Assembly: GCF_009914755.1 (NCBI RefSeq)
Contig: NC_060927.1
Strand: one strand, 5' to 3'
DNA: 64,000 nt
Origin: the human T2T-CHM13v2.0 reference genome, Homo sapiens
In this document: in pieces, positions 33,792-53,763 of the stretch
How the letters are laid out: each line of letters begins with the position of its first letter
Position numbering within the stretch: position 1 is the stretch's first letter
The notes under the pieces: generated by a model
What the model was told of the DNA's origin: nothing
What the model saw: only the letters and a program-made list of their open reading frames with translations
Databases searched by the model: none
Position numbers and translations under genes: made by a program

Positions 33792-34427
33792 CTCTGGACT
33801 CAAAAGCCTTCATCTAAGCATTTTGCAAATGCTAAAATTTTTTAATGTATTCATCTAGAAAAAGTAGTTATAACCTCACTTCAAAGTTTGGATTATGCTG
33901 AATTAATGGTAGGCTATTTTATTATGTTTGTTTAGTTTTATTATAGTAAATTATAAACAATGGTATACTCTTCCTATGTTTTCCATAGGAAAATGACTTA
34001 GTGTCATTTTCAGGAAGTATGCAATCTGCCCTAATAGGTCTGAGCAATCTTCTACTGCCTTTCTTGGGCCAGAGGAATTCTTTGCCCCAGTTTTGCCAGA
34101 TCTGGCTTTATATGTGTATTCTCCTTGATCTGCCCCAAATATGGCTGCCATTCACCACCTAACCAGCCTTTCCTACACTCCACAGTGGTGCTTCATGATG
34201 AGGAGCTAAAGTTGTGGGAATGAGACACCAAAACATCAAAGATGCAAACAGATGTAATTCAAAAGATGAGAGGAATAAAATGCCCTCTCTTGCCCTTACC
34301 ACTTCCTCCCAAAACCAATCACTCAGCTCTGTCACAAGTACCCATGCCTAGAACAGAGGTGGGAGTGAATACATTAAAAAATTTTAGCATTTGCAAAATG
34401 CTTAGATGAAGGCTTTTGAGTCCAGAG
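33792..34427. repeat. Perfect 62-bp inverted repeat (arms 33792-33853 and 34366-34427; 512-bp spacer)
   Basis: CTCTGGACTCAAAAGCCTTCATCTAAGCATTTTGCAAATGCTAAAATTTTTTAATGTATTCA and its exact reverse complement. Confidence 0.97.
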
Positions 34428-34668
34428 CTTGACCAAGAGGCTGAGGCATAGCAGAGGAATTTAAAATCTTATTTTTTTCTGATTGTTTCTCCTCAGTACC
34501 TTCATTTGGCCATACTCCTTTGATTACAAGTGACAGAGACCCAATTCATTAGCCAAAGGGGAAGAAATAGTGTCTTATTCTTGAGCCTAGGAGTCTGAGG
34601 CTGCAGTGAGCTATGACTATGCCACTGCACAGTCAACAGAGTGAGACCCTATCTAAAAAGTAATAATA

Positions 34669-34960
34669 GGCCAGGTGTGGTGGCTCATGCCTGTAATCCC
34701 AGCACTTTGGGAGGCCAAGGTGGACAGACTGCTTGAGCACAGGAGTTTGAGACCAGCCTGGGCAACACAGCAAAACCCCATCTCTTCAAAAAATTAGCCA
34801 GGCATGGTGGTACACACCTGTAGCACCAGCTACTCAGGAGGCTGAGGTGGGAGGATCGCTTGAGCCCAGGAGGTGGCAGTGGCAGTGAGTCACCACTACA
34901 CTCCAGCCTGGGAAATAGAGCAAGACCCTGTCTCAAAAATTATTAATAATAATAAATAAT
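34669..34960 (+). mobile_element. AluJ (Alu 3' fragment also at 34578-34655)
   Basis: Alu consensus. Confidence 0.9.
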
Positions 34961-35063
34961 AAACATGTAAAACCAGAAGATAGGCTTTATAATTTATATA
35001 TTAGGTAACAGAAAAGTTGAGAAGATAGCTATAATATTAAAATGTTATTATATATATTTATAC

Positions 35064-35307
35064 CTTAAAAGCTTTTATCTGTTCCATGACTGTACTGCAC
35101 ATAGTAATAGTAGCATTGTCTTTTGGTTCTTCTTCAATTTTCTCTTCTTCCAAAGACCGTTTTCTTGCTGCCTTTCTTTTTTCTTGTAATTCTTTCTTTA
35201 GCTTCGTTTGGAAAAATTTTAGTGTCTTAAAAATTTCTCGGGAAAACTCTTCCACATCAGCCTCCATGCTTTCCCCATTGAGGTCCAAAAACCCTCCATC
35301 CATCCAC
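35064..35307 (-). CDS. DNAH12: Exon F (RWMDGGFLDL...EQIKAFK)
   Basis: ccattcag acceptor, AAG|gtataa donor, 244 nt, phase 2 to 0. Confidence 0.92.
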
Positions 35308-35567
35308 CTGAATGGAAAGAAAAAATATTATTAAACTCAGACTTTTGAAGTTTGAAGGGGCCTTAGAGATCCTTTAGGCTAGACCCCTTGTTTTTTAAGA
35401 GAGAAAAATGAGGGCAAGAGCTGTTAACAGTTTTTCTCAGGCACACAGGTAGAGCTGATGGTAGAAAAGACAGAACTAAAATAATCATTTTGACTATGCT
35501 GCATGTGCTAAAATATGTATCAGATTATAAATGGATGATTAACAGTACCCACATAAAATGCAGGTTC

Positions 35568-36345
35568 ACATTAGAGAAATGCAAATCAAACCACAATGAG
35601 AGACCATCTCCCATCAGCCAGAATGGCTATTATTAAAAAGTAAAACAAAAAAACAAAAAACAGATGCTGTGGAGAAAAGGGAATGCTTATACACTGTTGC
35701 ACTATTGATGGGACTGTAAATTAGCTGAGCCACTGTGGAGAGTAGTTTGGAGATTTTTCAAAGAATTTAAAACAGAACTACCATTTGACCCAGCAATCCC
35801 ATTACTGGGTATATACCCAAAGGAAAATAATCATTCTGCCAAAAAGACACATGTACTCGTCTGTTCATCACAGCACTATTCACAATAGCAAAGACATGGA
35901 GTCAACCTAGGTGCCCATCAACAGTGGATTGAATAAAAAAAATTTGGTACATATACACCATGGAATACAATGCAACCTTAAAAAAGGATGAAATCATGCC
36001 CTTTGCAGCAACATGGATGCAGCTGAAGGCCATTATCCTAAGCAAATTGATGGAGGAACAGAAAACCAAATACCTCATGTTCTCACTTTGAAGTGGGAGC
36101 TAAGCCCTGGGTATACATGAACATAGAGATGGGAACAACAGACACTGGGAACTACTAGAGGTGGGAGAGAGGGAGGGGAGCAAGGGCTGAGAAACTACCT
36201 ATTAGGTGCTGTGCTCACTACCTGGGAGATAGGATCATTTGTACCCCAAATATCAGTGTCATGCAATATACCCACGAAACAAACCTGCACATGTTACCGA
36301 ATCTAAAATAAAAGTTGAAATTATAAAACAAAAATAAAAATAAAA
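35568..36345 (+). mobile_element. L1 3' end (L1PB/late L1PA type)
   Basis: ORF2 C-terminus plus 3'UTR and A-rich tail. Confidence 0.9.
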
Positions 36346-36473
36346 TGCAATTTGACTCCATACTTCTAATTTTGGGGGTAAACATTAGTGAAATTAATCT
36401 ATTGTATTAAAAAGGGAATTGACTCTCAGAAACCAAAATGACAACTCATATATTATATATATATATTTTTCAT

Positions 36474-36578
36474 GTCAGAAGGGTAATGTGCCGACATTGT
36501 AACAACGTTTGAGGGAGGCATATCTCTCACACATGAGCATGAAAATCCAATCATTATGCTCATAAACCAGAAAAGGAT
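36474..36578 (-). pseudogene. U13 snoRNA (SNORD13) processed retrocopy
   Basis: Minus strand ATCCTTTTCTGGTTTATGAGCATAATGATTGG...GGCACATTACCCTTCTGAC matches recalled U13; A/AT tail; 14-bp TSD CTCA(T/G)ATATT(A/G)TAT. Confidence 0.88.
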
Positions 36579-36770
36579 CTCAGATATTGTATTAGTAAGG
36601 TTAGTGGGACCTTAGCAGCACTGGATGTTTCTCCTACATGGTACCTGGTTCTCTTTCAAATGGACATATAAATCCTACTTTTAAACACTTAACCAAAAAA
36701 AAAATCAATTTATATTTTACAAATTATTTTCTATCATTTGCTTGATTTTTATTACATTACCAGCAATTAC

Positions 36771-36964
36771 CGTTTTTCTGATCGCTGCCACTTCAAAACA
36801 AAATTAAAAAACTTCTGATAGGGCTCAATGTTAACTTTTAATTTATCCAGTTCAGGATATTTTGTCAATTCCCACTTGAAAAGTTCCTCTTCTTTATTAA
36901 TAAACTGCACTGCTTCTTCAGATTCCTGAATACGTTTTTGTAGTTGTCTTACATCTGTCACATA
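36771..36964 (-). CDS. DNAH12: Exon E (YVTDVRQLQK...WQRSEK)
   Basis: tttcag acceptor, CG|gtaatt donor, 194 nt; INKEEELFKWELTKYPEL dynein tail motif. Confidence 0.93.
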
Positions 36965-36978
36965 CTGAAAGTAAATAA

Positions 36979-37590
<612 letters not shown>

Positions 37591-37799
37591 CATATAAAGT
37601 ATTTAAATACATATTTATGTATTTTACTATATATTATAGTATTAGATAAATATATATGTATATATGTAATATATAGAAAAATATAGAGTAAACATAAAAA
37701 AATAGTAAACATATTTTTCTATACTTTTAAATTTATGTTAACATGTCCTATATGACTCTATGGGCTGGCCATAGCTATTGTCTCATATATTTATCAGAC

Positions 37800-37934
37800 C
37801 TGTTGCATGCGCTCCAGCTCTGCAAATTCTGTAAACTCCTCCATGCGGCGTGATTCTTTTTCTATTTCCAAAATAAGTTTCTCTCTCTTGGCCATTAGTT
37901 CATTTTCTTTTTTATGTTTAGCATTCTCAATTAG
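37800..37934 (-). CDS. DNAH12: Exon D (LIENAKHKKENE...LERMQQ)
   Basis: ttttaaaaag acceptor, CAG|gtctga donor, 135 nt, in frame with both neighbours. Confidence 0.85.
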
Positions 37935-38873
37935 CTTTTTAAAAGACAATTTGATCATGTTAGTTAATCTGTAACAAAGAATTATCAAGTCAGAAATCCA
38001 AATACTGTGTATAATAATAAAAACCATCAGAGAAGTAAAAATGAGTACAAAAATAAAACAATGCCTATAATTACTAATATAAAAATGCAAAGAATAAACC
38101 ACACAGAAAAACATTCCTAGATCTCCAAAGTGACTTTAACAACTTGTATTCATTAATTAAATGCTTTATTTAACAGATTCTAGGATAATAATAAAATTAC
38201 CATTTATTGAGCATGTGCCATGTATCAAGAACTATTAAATATCTTACCTATATTATTACTGGTATTATTATTCTCATTTCAGAGAAAAGAAATTGAATCT
38301 TATGGAAGTCACGTTCATGTTCACAAAATCATAAAAATCAAAATCTGGATTAGAATCTTGGTTTATCTGATTGAAGGCCATGCTTTTTATTACAATACCA
38401 TCTTACCTCCCAATTCAGGTTAAACTGATTTACATTAGGACTTTTTCAATATCTGAAATATATTCAGTCTGATATAAAATTGTAAATTTTATCACTGTGA
38501 TATTGAACTATTTAATTTCTCTGAGTCTCATATTTCTCATCTATAAAATGGAAGAAATGGGAGCATGTGGGATTTTTATGAGAGTTAAATAATTGAATAA
38601 ATGGAAAGCACTTTCTCAGTTAAGTGTTTCTATTATTAATTTATATAATAGTTCTGACTTTCTAAATGTCAGCCCCACTACTTACCAGACCTTGTGAGTT
38701 AAGCCTAACAGCTTGTCTTAAGCCTAGAGGGCCATAAGTGTGGCCAGTCTCAAACTCATATTGACACACAAAATTACTTTTAAAGTTAGATGGCCAGGAG
38801 ATATGAAAATTAAATGTGAATGATGTGCTTGAAATGTCAGATTACAAAAATACATACTGAAAAATATATTTAC

Positions 38874-38999
38874 CTCATCATTTTCATCAAAGATGGGATT
38901 AATTTTCCTAGGCCACATGAGGACAGTTGCATTTAAAGCTAAGTCTTCTTGAGGAAATAGGAAAACATCTAAAAAGTAACTCATTTGGCGTTTAGATTC
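38874..38999 (-). CDS. DNAH12: Exon C (ESKRQMSYFLDV...FDENDE)
   Basis: ttcttttgtag acceptor, GAG|gtaaat donor, 126 nt. Confidence 0.92.
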
Positions 39000-39532
39000 C
39001 TACAAAAGAAACTCTGGATATAATATGTCATATAGAAAATCTACATCATTATGAAAAAGAGAAGAACCAACAACAATCTCTAATACCCTTTCAGATTTCA
39101 GTTTGACTCAGATTATTAACTGATATTTTATATATCACCCAAACCAGATGGGTATTTCAATAGCTGCAGTATTATTTATCTTGCTTCATGCCACATAATT
39201 GTATACTTTTATGCTAGAAATAAGGCTTTTAAAAAGTTTTCACTTACAGTTGATTTAGCATAAAGGAACTTTTGGTCCTCCCTTGTTTATGACTGAAAAA
39301 TATAATTAAATCTTCAGAAGTCCTTTAATTTTGATTTTAAAGGATTTTAAATTATTTTATTCTTATAAATATTTTATTTTTGAATCTTTGATGACAAAGA
39401 TTTTAGTATCTTTTCTTTTGTTTTGTATCTTCACTGACATCACCACCTTTTTGGCCTACTTCACATGTTACTGTATGCAATAGTCTAGAATATTGCGGTA
39501 TGTAATAGTTCAGAAAGAGTTGAAGGTGAGTT

Positions 39533-39857
<325 letters not shown>

Positions 39858-40149
39858 TTAAAACAATAGATTATCTGAGTAGATAGGTTGAATATTTTTA
39901 CCCTCTATATCTTTCATTGCTCTATAAGCTGTACTGTAGTACTAATTTTTAAGAATTGAAATACAGATTCAAAGGCAAATTTGAGGTTTTTGATTTTATA
40001 TTATACATATGTATACATATATATACATACATCTATATATATAATATAGATATAAAATTATGTATTGAAAATAACATTAAATATGTATTTTGTACATTCT
40101 ATATATTATGTATATACAATGCACATAGAAATAAAACTTTAAAATAAAA

Positions 40150-42915
<2,766 letters not shown>

Positions 42916-44294
42916 CAGAATAGCACTAACATCCAGAAGACAAGGGATTATGATGGGCTTCTAGAGCGTTGGCAAGGTTCTATTTATTTTCCTAGGTGGT
43001 AATTACTGGCTGTTTACTTTAGAACATTCCAAATTGTACAATTCATGTTTTACGTAATTTTGGTATATGTGTTGTTTAACATTTTTAAAAGTTTCTTAAA
43101 CAAAGAATAAGAGTAAAATATAGGTAAATAGGTACATCATCTTGTGCTGGAAAAGGTAAAAACATACTATTAAATGCAGAAACTATAAAAGAAAAAATAT
43201 TTTTAAAAATCTATATTGTTTAAGGACATACACAAAATTAGTGAAACTAAAGAAATTCAAAGCTAAGGGGGTGGAGCCAAGATGGCCAAATGGGAACAGC
43301 TCCAGTCTACAGCTCCCAGTGTGAGCGACGCAGAAGATGGGTGATTTCTGCATTTCCAACTGAGGTACCAGGTTCATCTCACCGGGGAGTGTCGGAAAGT
43401 AGGTGCAGGTCAGTGGGTGCAGCGCACTGAGCATGAGCCAAAGCAGGGTGAGGCATCGCCTCACCTGGGGAGTGCAAGGGGTCAGAGAATTCCCTTTCCC
43501 AGTCAAAGAAAGGGGTAACAGACGGCACCTGGAAAATCAGGTCACTCGCACCCTAATAGTGCGCTTTTCCAACGGGTTTAGCAAACGGCACACCAGGAGA
43601 TTATATCCTGTGCATGGCTCAGAGGGTCCTACACCCACGGAGCCTCACTCATTGCTAGCACAGCAGTCTGATATCAAACTGCAAGGCAGCAGAGAGGCTG
43701 GGGGAGGGGCGCCCGCCATTGCCGAGGCTTGACTAGGTAAACGAAGTGGCCGGGAAGCTCGAACTGGGTGGAGTGCACGGCAGCTCAAGGAGGCCTGCCT
43801 GCCTCTGTAGACTCCACCTCCAGGGGCAGGGCACAGACAAACAAAAGGCAGCAGAATCCTCTGCAGACTTAAATGTCCCTGTCTGACAACTTTGAAGAGA
43901 ATAGTGGTTCTCCCAGCATGCAGCTGGAGATCTGAGAATGGACAGACTGCCTCCTCAAGTGGGTCCCTGACCCCCGAGTAGCCTAACTGGGAGGCACCCC
44001 CCAGTAGGGGCAGACTGACACCTCACACGGCCGGGTACTCTTCTGAGACAAAACTTCCAGAGGAACGATCAGGCAGCAACACTTGCTGTTCACCAATATC
44101 CGCTGTTCTGCAGCAACCGCTGCTGATACCCAGGCAAACAGGGTCTGGAGTGGACCTCCAGCAAACTCCAACAGACCTGCAGCTGAGGGTCCTGACTGTT
44201 AGAAGGAAAACTAACAAACAGAAAGGACATCTACACCAAAACCCCATCTGTACGTCACCATCATCAAAGACCAAAGGTAGATAAAACCACAAAG

Positions 44295-45311
44295 ATGGGG
44301 AAAAAACAGAGCAGAAAAACTGTAAACTCTAAAAATCAGAGCGCCTCTCCTTCTCCAAAGGAATGCAGCTCCTCACCAGCAATGGAACAAAGCTGGACGG
44401 AGAATGACTTTGACGAGTTGAGAGAAGAAGGCTTCAGATGATCAAACTACTTTGAGCTAAAGGAGGAAGTTCGAACCCATGGCAAAGAAGTTAAAGACCT
44501 TGAAAAAAAATTAGACGAATGGCTAACTAGAATAACCAATGCAGAGAAGTCCTTAAAGGACCTGATGGAGCTGAAAACCAAGGCACAAGAACTACGTGAC
44601 GAATCCACAAGCCTCAGTAGCCGATTCGATCAACTGGAAGAAAGGGTATCAGTGATGGAAGATCAAATGAATGAAATGAAGCTAGAAGAGAAGTTTAGAG
44701 AAAAAAGAATAAAAAGAAATAAACAAAGTCTCCAAGAAATATGGGACTATGTGAAAAGACCATATCTACGTCTGATTGGTGTACCTGAAAGTGACGGGGA
44801 GAATGGAACCAAGTTGGAAAACACTCTGCAGGATATTATCCAGGAGAACTTCCCCAACCTAGCAAGGCAGGCCAACATTCAAATTCAGGAAATACACAGA
44901 ATTCCACCAAGATACTCCTCGAGAAGAGCAACTCCAAGAAACGTAATTGTCAGATTCACCAAAGTTGAAATGAAGGAAAAAATGTTAAGGGCAGCCAGAG
45001 AGAAAGGTCGGGTTACCAACAAAGGGAAGCCCATCAGACTAACAGCTGAGCTCTTGGCAGAAACTCTATAAGCCAGAAGAGAGTGGGGGCCAATATTCAA
45101 CATTCTTACAGAAAAGAATTTTCAACCCAGAATTTCATATCCAGCCAAACTAAGCTTCATAAGTGAAGGAGAAATAAAATACTTTACAGACAAGCAAATG
45201 CTGAGAGATTTTGTCACCACCAGGCCTGCCCTAAAAGAGCTCCTGAAGGAAGCGCTAAACATGGAAAGGAACAATCAGTACCAGCCACTGCAAAAACGTG
45301 CCAAATTGTAA
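44295..45311 (+). pseudogene. L1 ORF1, disrupted
   Basis: 1017-nt span from ATGGGGAAAAAACAG; in-frame stops TGA at 44439 and TAA at 45069. Confidence 0.92.
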
Positions 45312-45374
45312 AGACCATCGAGGCTAGGAAGAAACTGCATCAAGTAACGAGCAAAATAACCAGCTAACATCTTA

Positions 45375-49195
<3,821 letters not shown>

Positions 49196-49703
49196 ACAAT
49201 GAGAACACATGGACACAGGAAGGGGAACATCACACACCGGGGACTGTTGTGGGGTGGGGGGAGGGGGGAGGGATAGCATTAGGAGATATACCTATGTTAA
49301 ATGACGAGTTAATGGGTGCAGCACACCAACATGACACATGTATACATATGTAACTAACTTGCACGTTGTGCACATGTACCCTAAAACTTAAAGTATAATA
49401 ATAAAAAAACAAAGCTGTGCAACATTGAAAAAAAAAAAAAAAAGAAATTCCAAGCTAAAATTACTGTAAAAATCAACTGGAAACCTCTAGAAGAGGACAG
49501 GGGAGAAGGAGAGGCATGGCGATCAGAAAGTTATATGCAGAGTCCTGGGGTGCTGACAATATCCTATTTCTTGGCCTAGGTGGTGGCAATATAACCGCTC
49601 AATTTACAGCTATTTGTGTAACTATATATTTTATACATCTTCACCATGAAAATAATATTTCACAATGAAAACAAACCAAAATATGCAAATTAAAATTCCT
49701 TAC

Positions 49704-49839
49704 CTGGATCCTTAAAATCAACTCTTCGATTCCTACAGTCCGGGCTTTTTCTACATAAGATATCAGATCCATCATCTCTTCTGTTGTTTCAGGGACTTTT
49801 AATGCATGTTCTTTAATTGCTTCAAATTCACTGCAAATA
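49704..49839 (-). CDS. DNAH12: Exon B (CICSEFEAIKEHALK...LILRIQ)
   Basis: gtcag acceptor, CAG|gtaagg donor, 136 nt, phase 2 to 0. Confidence 0.88.
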
Positions 49840-49991
49840 CTGACATAATACTCTGCTTTAATAGACTTATGGCAATTAATGTTATATCATATTCAATAAA
49901 TGTGTGTTATGACGATTACTATAAAATAAGAACTATGATATCCTAAAAAAATTGCTTTATTCACTAAGGTATCTTAAAAATATTTAAGCTT

Positions 49992-50299
49992 GGCCAGGCA
50001 CAGTGGCTCACACCTGTAATCATAGCACTTTGAAAGGCCAAGGCAGGCAGATCACTTGAGCTCAGGAGTTCAAAACCAGCCTGTGCAAAGTGGTGAAACC
50101 CTGTCTCTACAAAAAAAAAAAATACAAAAATTAGCTGGGCATGGTGGCACATGCCTGTAGTCCCAGCTACTTGGGAAGCTGAGGCAGGAGGATCACTTGA
50201 GCTTGGGAGGTTGAGCTACAGTGGGCCATGATTGCACCGTTGCACTCCAGTCTGGGTGACAGAGTGAGACCCTGTCTCAAAAAAAAAAAAAAAAAAAAA
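49992..50299 (+). mobile_element. AluJ
   Basis: Alu consensus. Confidence 0.93.
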
Positions 50300-50739
50300 G
50301 CTTATCTGCTATAATTCAGTATATACTATACATCAACAAAACCTACAAAATTAAGGTAATATTTACATGCAAAATTATGGCATATTAGAAAAAAATTTTA
50401 GCGACCTCTTCAACTCTCTTAAATACCCAGGTAACACTCATCTTTCTGGATTGTTGTAATACAACAATGAATGCAAAGGGTCTAGCACATAGTACACTCT
50501 ATTTACTGATAACTATAATCATTAGTATAATTATTAGTTTTATTATTATTAGTGCCTCTTGTGAAACATGACAGTACAGCAAGTAAACAGATCAAACCCT
50601 CAAACTCTTATACATAGTTTCTTTAATTAACAGTTCTCTTAGAATATCCCATGTAGGATATGAACCTAGATATCCTACAGCATTATTCAACTAAAGTTAC
50701 ATTTCATGGAATTTTTTCCTGTGCTTTAAAATATCTGGG

Positions 50740-52580
50740 CCAAACTAATCTTTGATAAAGCATACAAAAACATAAATTGGGGAAAGGACACCCTATTCAA
50801 TAAATAGTGCTGGGAAACCTGAACAGCCACAGGATCTCCATCTCTCACCTTATACAAAAATCTCCTCAAGACGGATCAAAGACTTAAATCCGAGACCTGA
50901 AACCATAAAAATTCTAGAAAATAACATCAGAAAAAAGCTTCTGGACATTGGCTTAGGCAAAGAATCCATGACTAAGACCTCAAAAGCAAACACAACAAAA
51001 ACAAAAATAAATAAATGGGACCTAATTAAACCAAAAAGCTTCTGCACAGCAAAAGAAATAATCAGCAGGGTAAACAGACAAGCCACAGAGTGGGAGAAAA
51101 TATTTGCAAACTCTGCCTCCAACAAAAGACTAGTATCCAGAATCTACAATGAACTCAATCAAATCAGCAAGGAAAAAACAAATAATCTCATCAAAAAGTA
51201 GGCAAAGGACATGAATAGGCATTTCTTAAAAGAAGACAGCCAAAAAAACCTATGAAAAAATGCTCAACATAACTAATCATCAGGGAAATGCAAATTAAAA
51301 CCACAATGAGATACCACCTCACTCCTACAGGAATGGCCATAATTTAAAAGTCAAAAAACAATAGATGTTGGCATGGATGTGGTGAAAAGGGAACACTTAA
51401 ACTGCTTGTGAGAATGTAAATTAGTACAACCACTATGGAAAACAGTATTGAGGTTCCTTAAAGAACTAAAAATAGAACTACCATTCAATCAAGCAATCCC
51501 ACTACTAGGTATCTACCCAAAGGAAAAGAAGTCATGAAAAAGACATCTGCACAAGCATGTTTATTAGCAGCACAGTTCACAATTGCAAAGATATGGAACC
51601 AACCTAAGTGCCCATCGACCAATGAGTGGATAAAGAAAATGTGGTATATAGACACCACGGAATACTACTTAGCCATAAAAAGGAATGAAATAATGTCCTT
51701 TGCTGTAACTTGGATGGAGCTGGAGGCCATTATTCTTTTTTTTTTTTCTTTTCTGAGACAGAGTCTCACTCTGTTGCCCAGGCTAGAGTGTAGTGGTGCA
51801 ATACACCACAACCTTCACCTCCAGGTTCAAGCCATTCTCCTGCCTCAGCCTCCCGAGTAGCTGGGATTACAGGCGCGTGCCACCACGTCTGGCTAATTTT
51901 TGTATTTTGAGTAGAGATGGGGTTTCACATGTTGGCCAGGCTGGTCTTGAACTCCTGACCTCGTGATCCACCTGCTTCAGCCTCCCAAAGTGCTGGAATT
52001 ACAGGCATGAGCCACCGCACCCGGCTGGAGGCCATTATTCTAAGTGAAGTAACTCAGGAATGGAAAACCAAATATCGTATATTCTCACTTATAAGTGGGA
52101 GCTAGGCTATGAGGATGCAAAAGAGTAATATAATGGACTTCGGGGACTCGGTGTGGGGAAGGCTGAGAGGCAGGTGAGGGGTAAAAGACTACATATTGGT
52201 ACAGTGTACACTACTTGAGTGATGGGTACACTAAAATCTCAGAAATCACCGCTAAATAACTTAACTGCTAGGCGTGGTGGCTCATGCCTGTAATCTCAGC
52301 ACTTTGGGAGGTCCAGGAGGGTAGATCACTTGAGGTCAGAAGTTCAAGACCAGCCTGACCAACATGATGAAACCCCATCTCTACTAAAAATACAAAATTA
52401 GCCAGGCATGGTGGCACATGCCTGCAGCCCCAGCTACCTGGGGGGCTGAGGAGATTCCAGGAGAATAGCTTGAACCTGGGAGGCAGAGGTTGCAGTGAGA
52501 CTCCATCTCAAAAAAAAAAAAAAGAATTTACCCATGTAACAAAACCACTTATACCCCCCAAAACTATTGAAATTTTAAAA
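50740..52580 (+). mobile_element. L1PB-type 3' fragment with inserted Alus (minus 51737-52026, TSD GGAGGCCATTATTCT; plus 52268-52523)
   Basis: ORF2 fragments (KWDLIK, IWNQPKCP) and 3'UTR. Confidence 0.9.
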
Positions 52581-53482
52581 ATTAAAATTAATTTTTTCTT
52601 TTAAAAAAATATCTAGCCCAGGCACAGAGGCTCACGCTTGTAAACCCAGTACTTTGGGAGGCTGAGGTAGGAGGATCTCTTGAGCCCAGGAGGTTGAAAT
52701 CAGCCTACGCAACATGGCAAAACCATGTCTCTATTAAATTTTTTTTAATTTTAAGTAAGAAATAGAAATCGGTATTGTCATTCTATTACTAGAAATATCA
52801 GGAAAAAACCATGTAAAAACAAAGTGTAAAAGAGGTAAATGATTTTTTAGTTCATGCAGGAATTTGGAGAAATATGTGGGAAATTATACTTGCTCATTCA
52901 CTCATTTAATAAATAGCTGAGTACCTACAATATGCTAAGGAAAATTCTAAATATAGCAGCAAATGAGACCCTGCCCTCATAAAGCTTGTATTGAAGCTGA
53001 GGAAAGAGACAAAAGCACACAAATATGTACACTGTTAGGTAGCAAAAAAAATGCTGAGGATCCCTTGAGCCCAGGAGTTCGAGGTGGAAGTGAGCTATAA
53101 TTGTGCTACTGCACTTCGGTCTGGGCAACATAGTAGGACCCTGTCTCTAAAGGAGAAAAAAAAGCTATGAAGAAAAATAAAGCAACATAAAAGGAAAAAG
53201 AATGATGGAGTGTCAAGAAGAAGCCACTATTTTATACAGAGGGGCCAGAGAAGGCCTTTCTAGGGAGGTAATATTCAAGGTGAGGGGAAAAAACAAATGA
53301 GTTGTTCAAATACCAGGAAAAGAGATTCCAGGAAGAAAAACCAGCAAGGACAACGGCCATAAAGTGGTAATAAGCTTGGCATACTTTAGGAATGGCAAAC
53401 GAAGTTGAAGTGGTGAGCAGGAATCAGATCATGTAGGACTTTACAGTTAATTATTGAATATCAGAAATACAGGAGGAATGTG

Positions 53483-53763
53483 GCCAGGCACAGTGGCCCA
53501 CACCTGTAATCCCAACACTTTGGGAGGCTGAGGAGGGAGGATCACTTGAGTCCAGGAGTTTGAGACCAGCCTAGGCAACATGGCAAGACCTTGTCTCTAA
53601 TAGAAAAGAAGGAAGAAAGGAAGGAAGGAAGGAAGGGAGAGAGAGAGAGAAAGGGAGGGAGGGAGGGAGGGAGAGAGAGAGAGAAAGAAAGAGAAAGAAA
53701 GAAAAAAAAAAAGAAAGAGAAAGAAAGAAAGAAAAAAAAGAAAAAGAAAGAAAAAAAAGAAAG
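53483..53763 (+). repeat. FLAM monomer followed by an about 160-bp GA-rich purine tract
   Basis: Alu left arm, then only A/G from 53602 to about 53765. Confidence 0.9.

Noticed and set aside
33792-34427. Inverted repeat as the termini of a young DNA transposon
   Set aside because: No TSD or transposase, and perfect identity fits poorly with long-extinct primate DNA transposons. Kept as an unexplained duplication instead.
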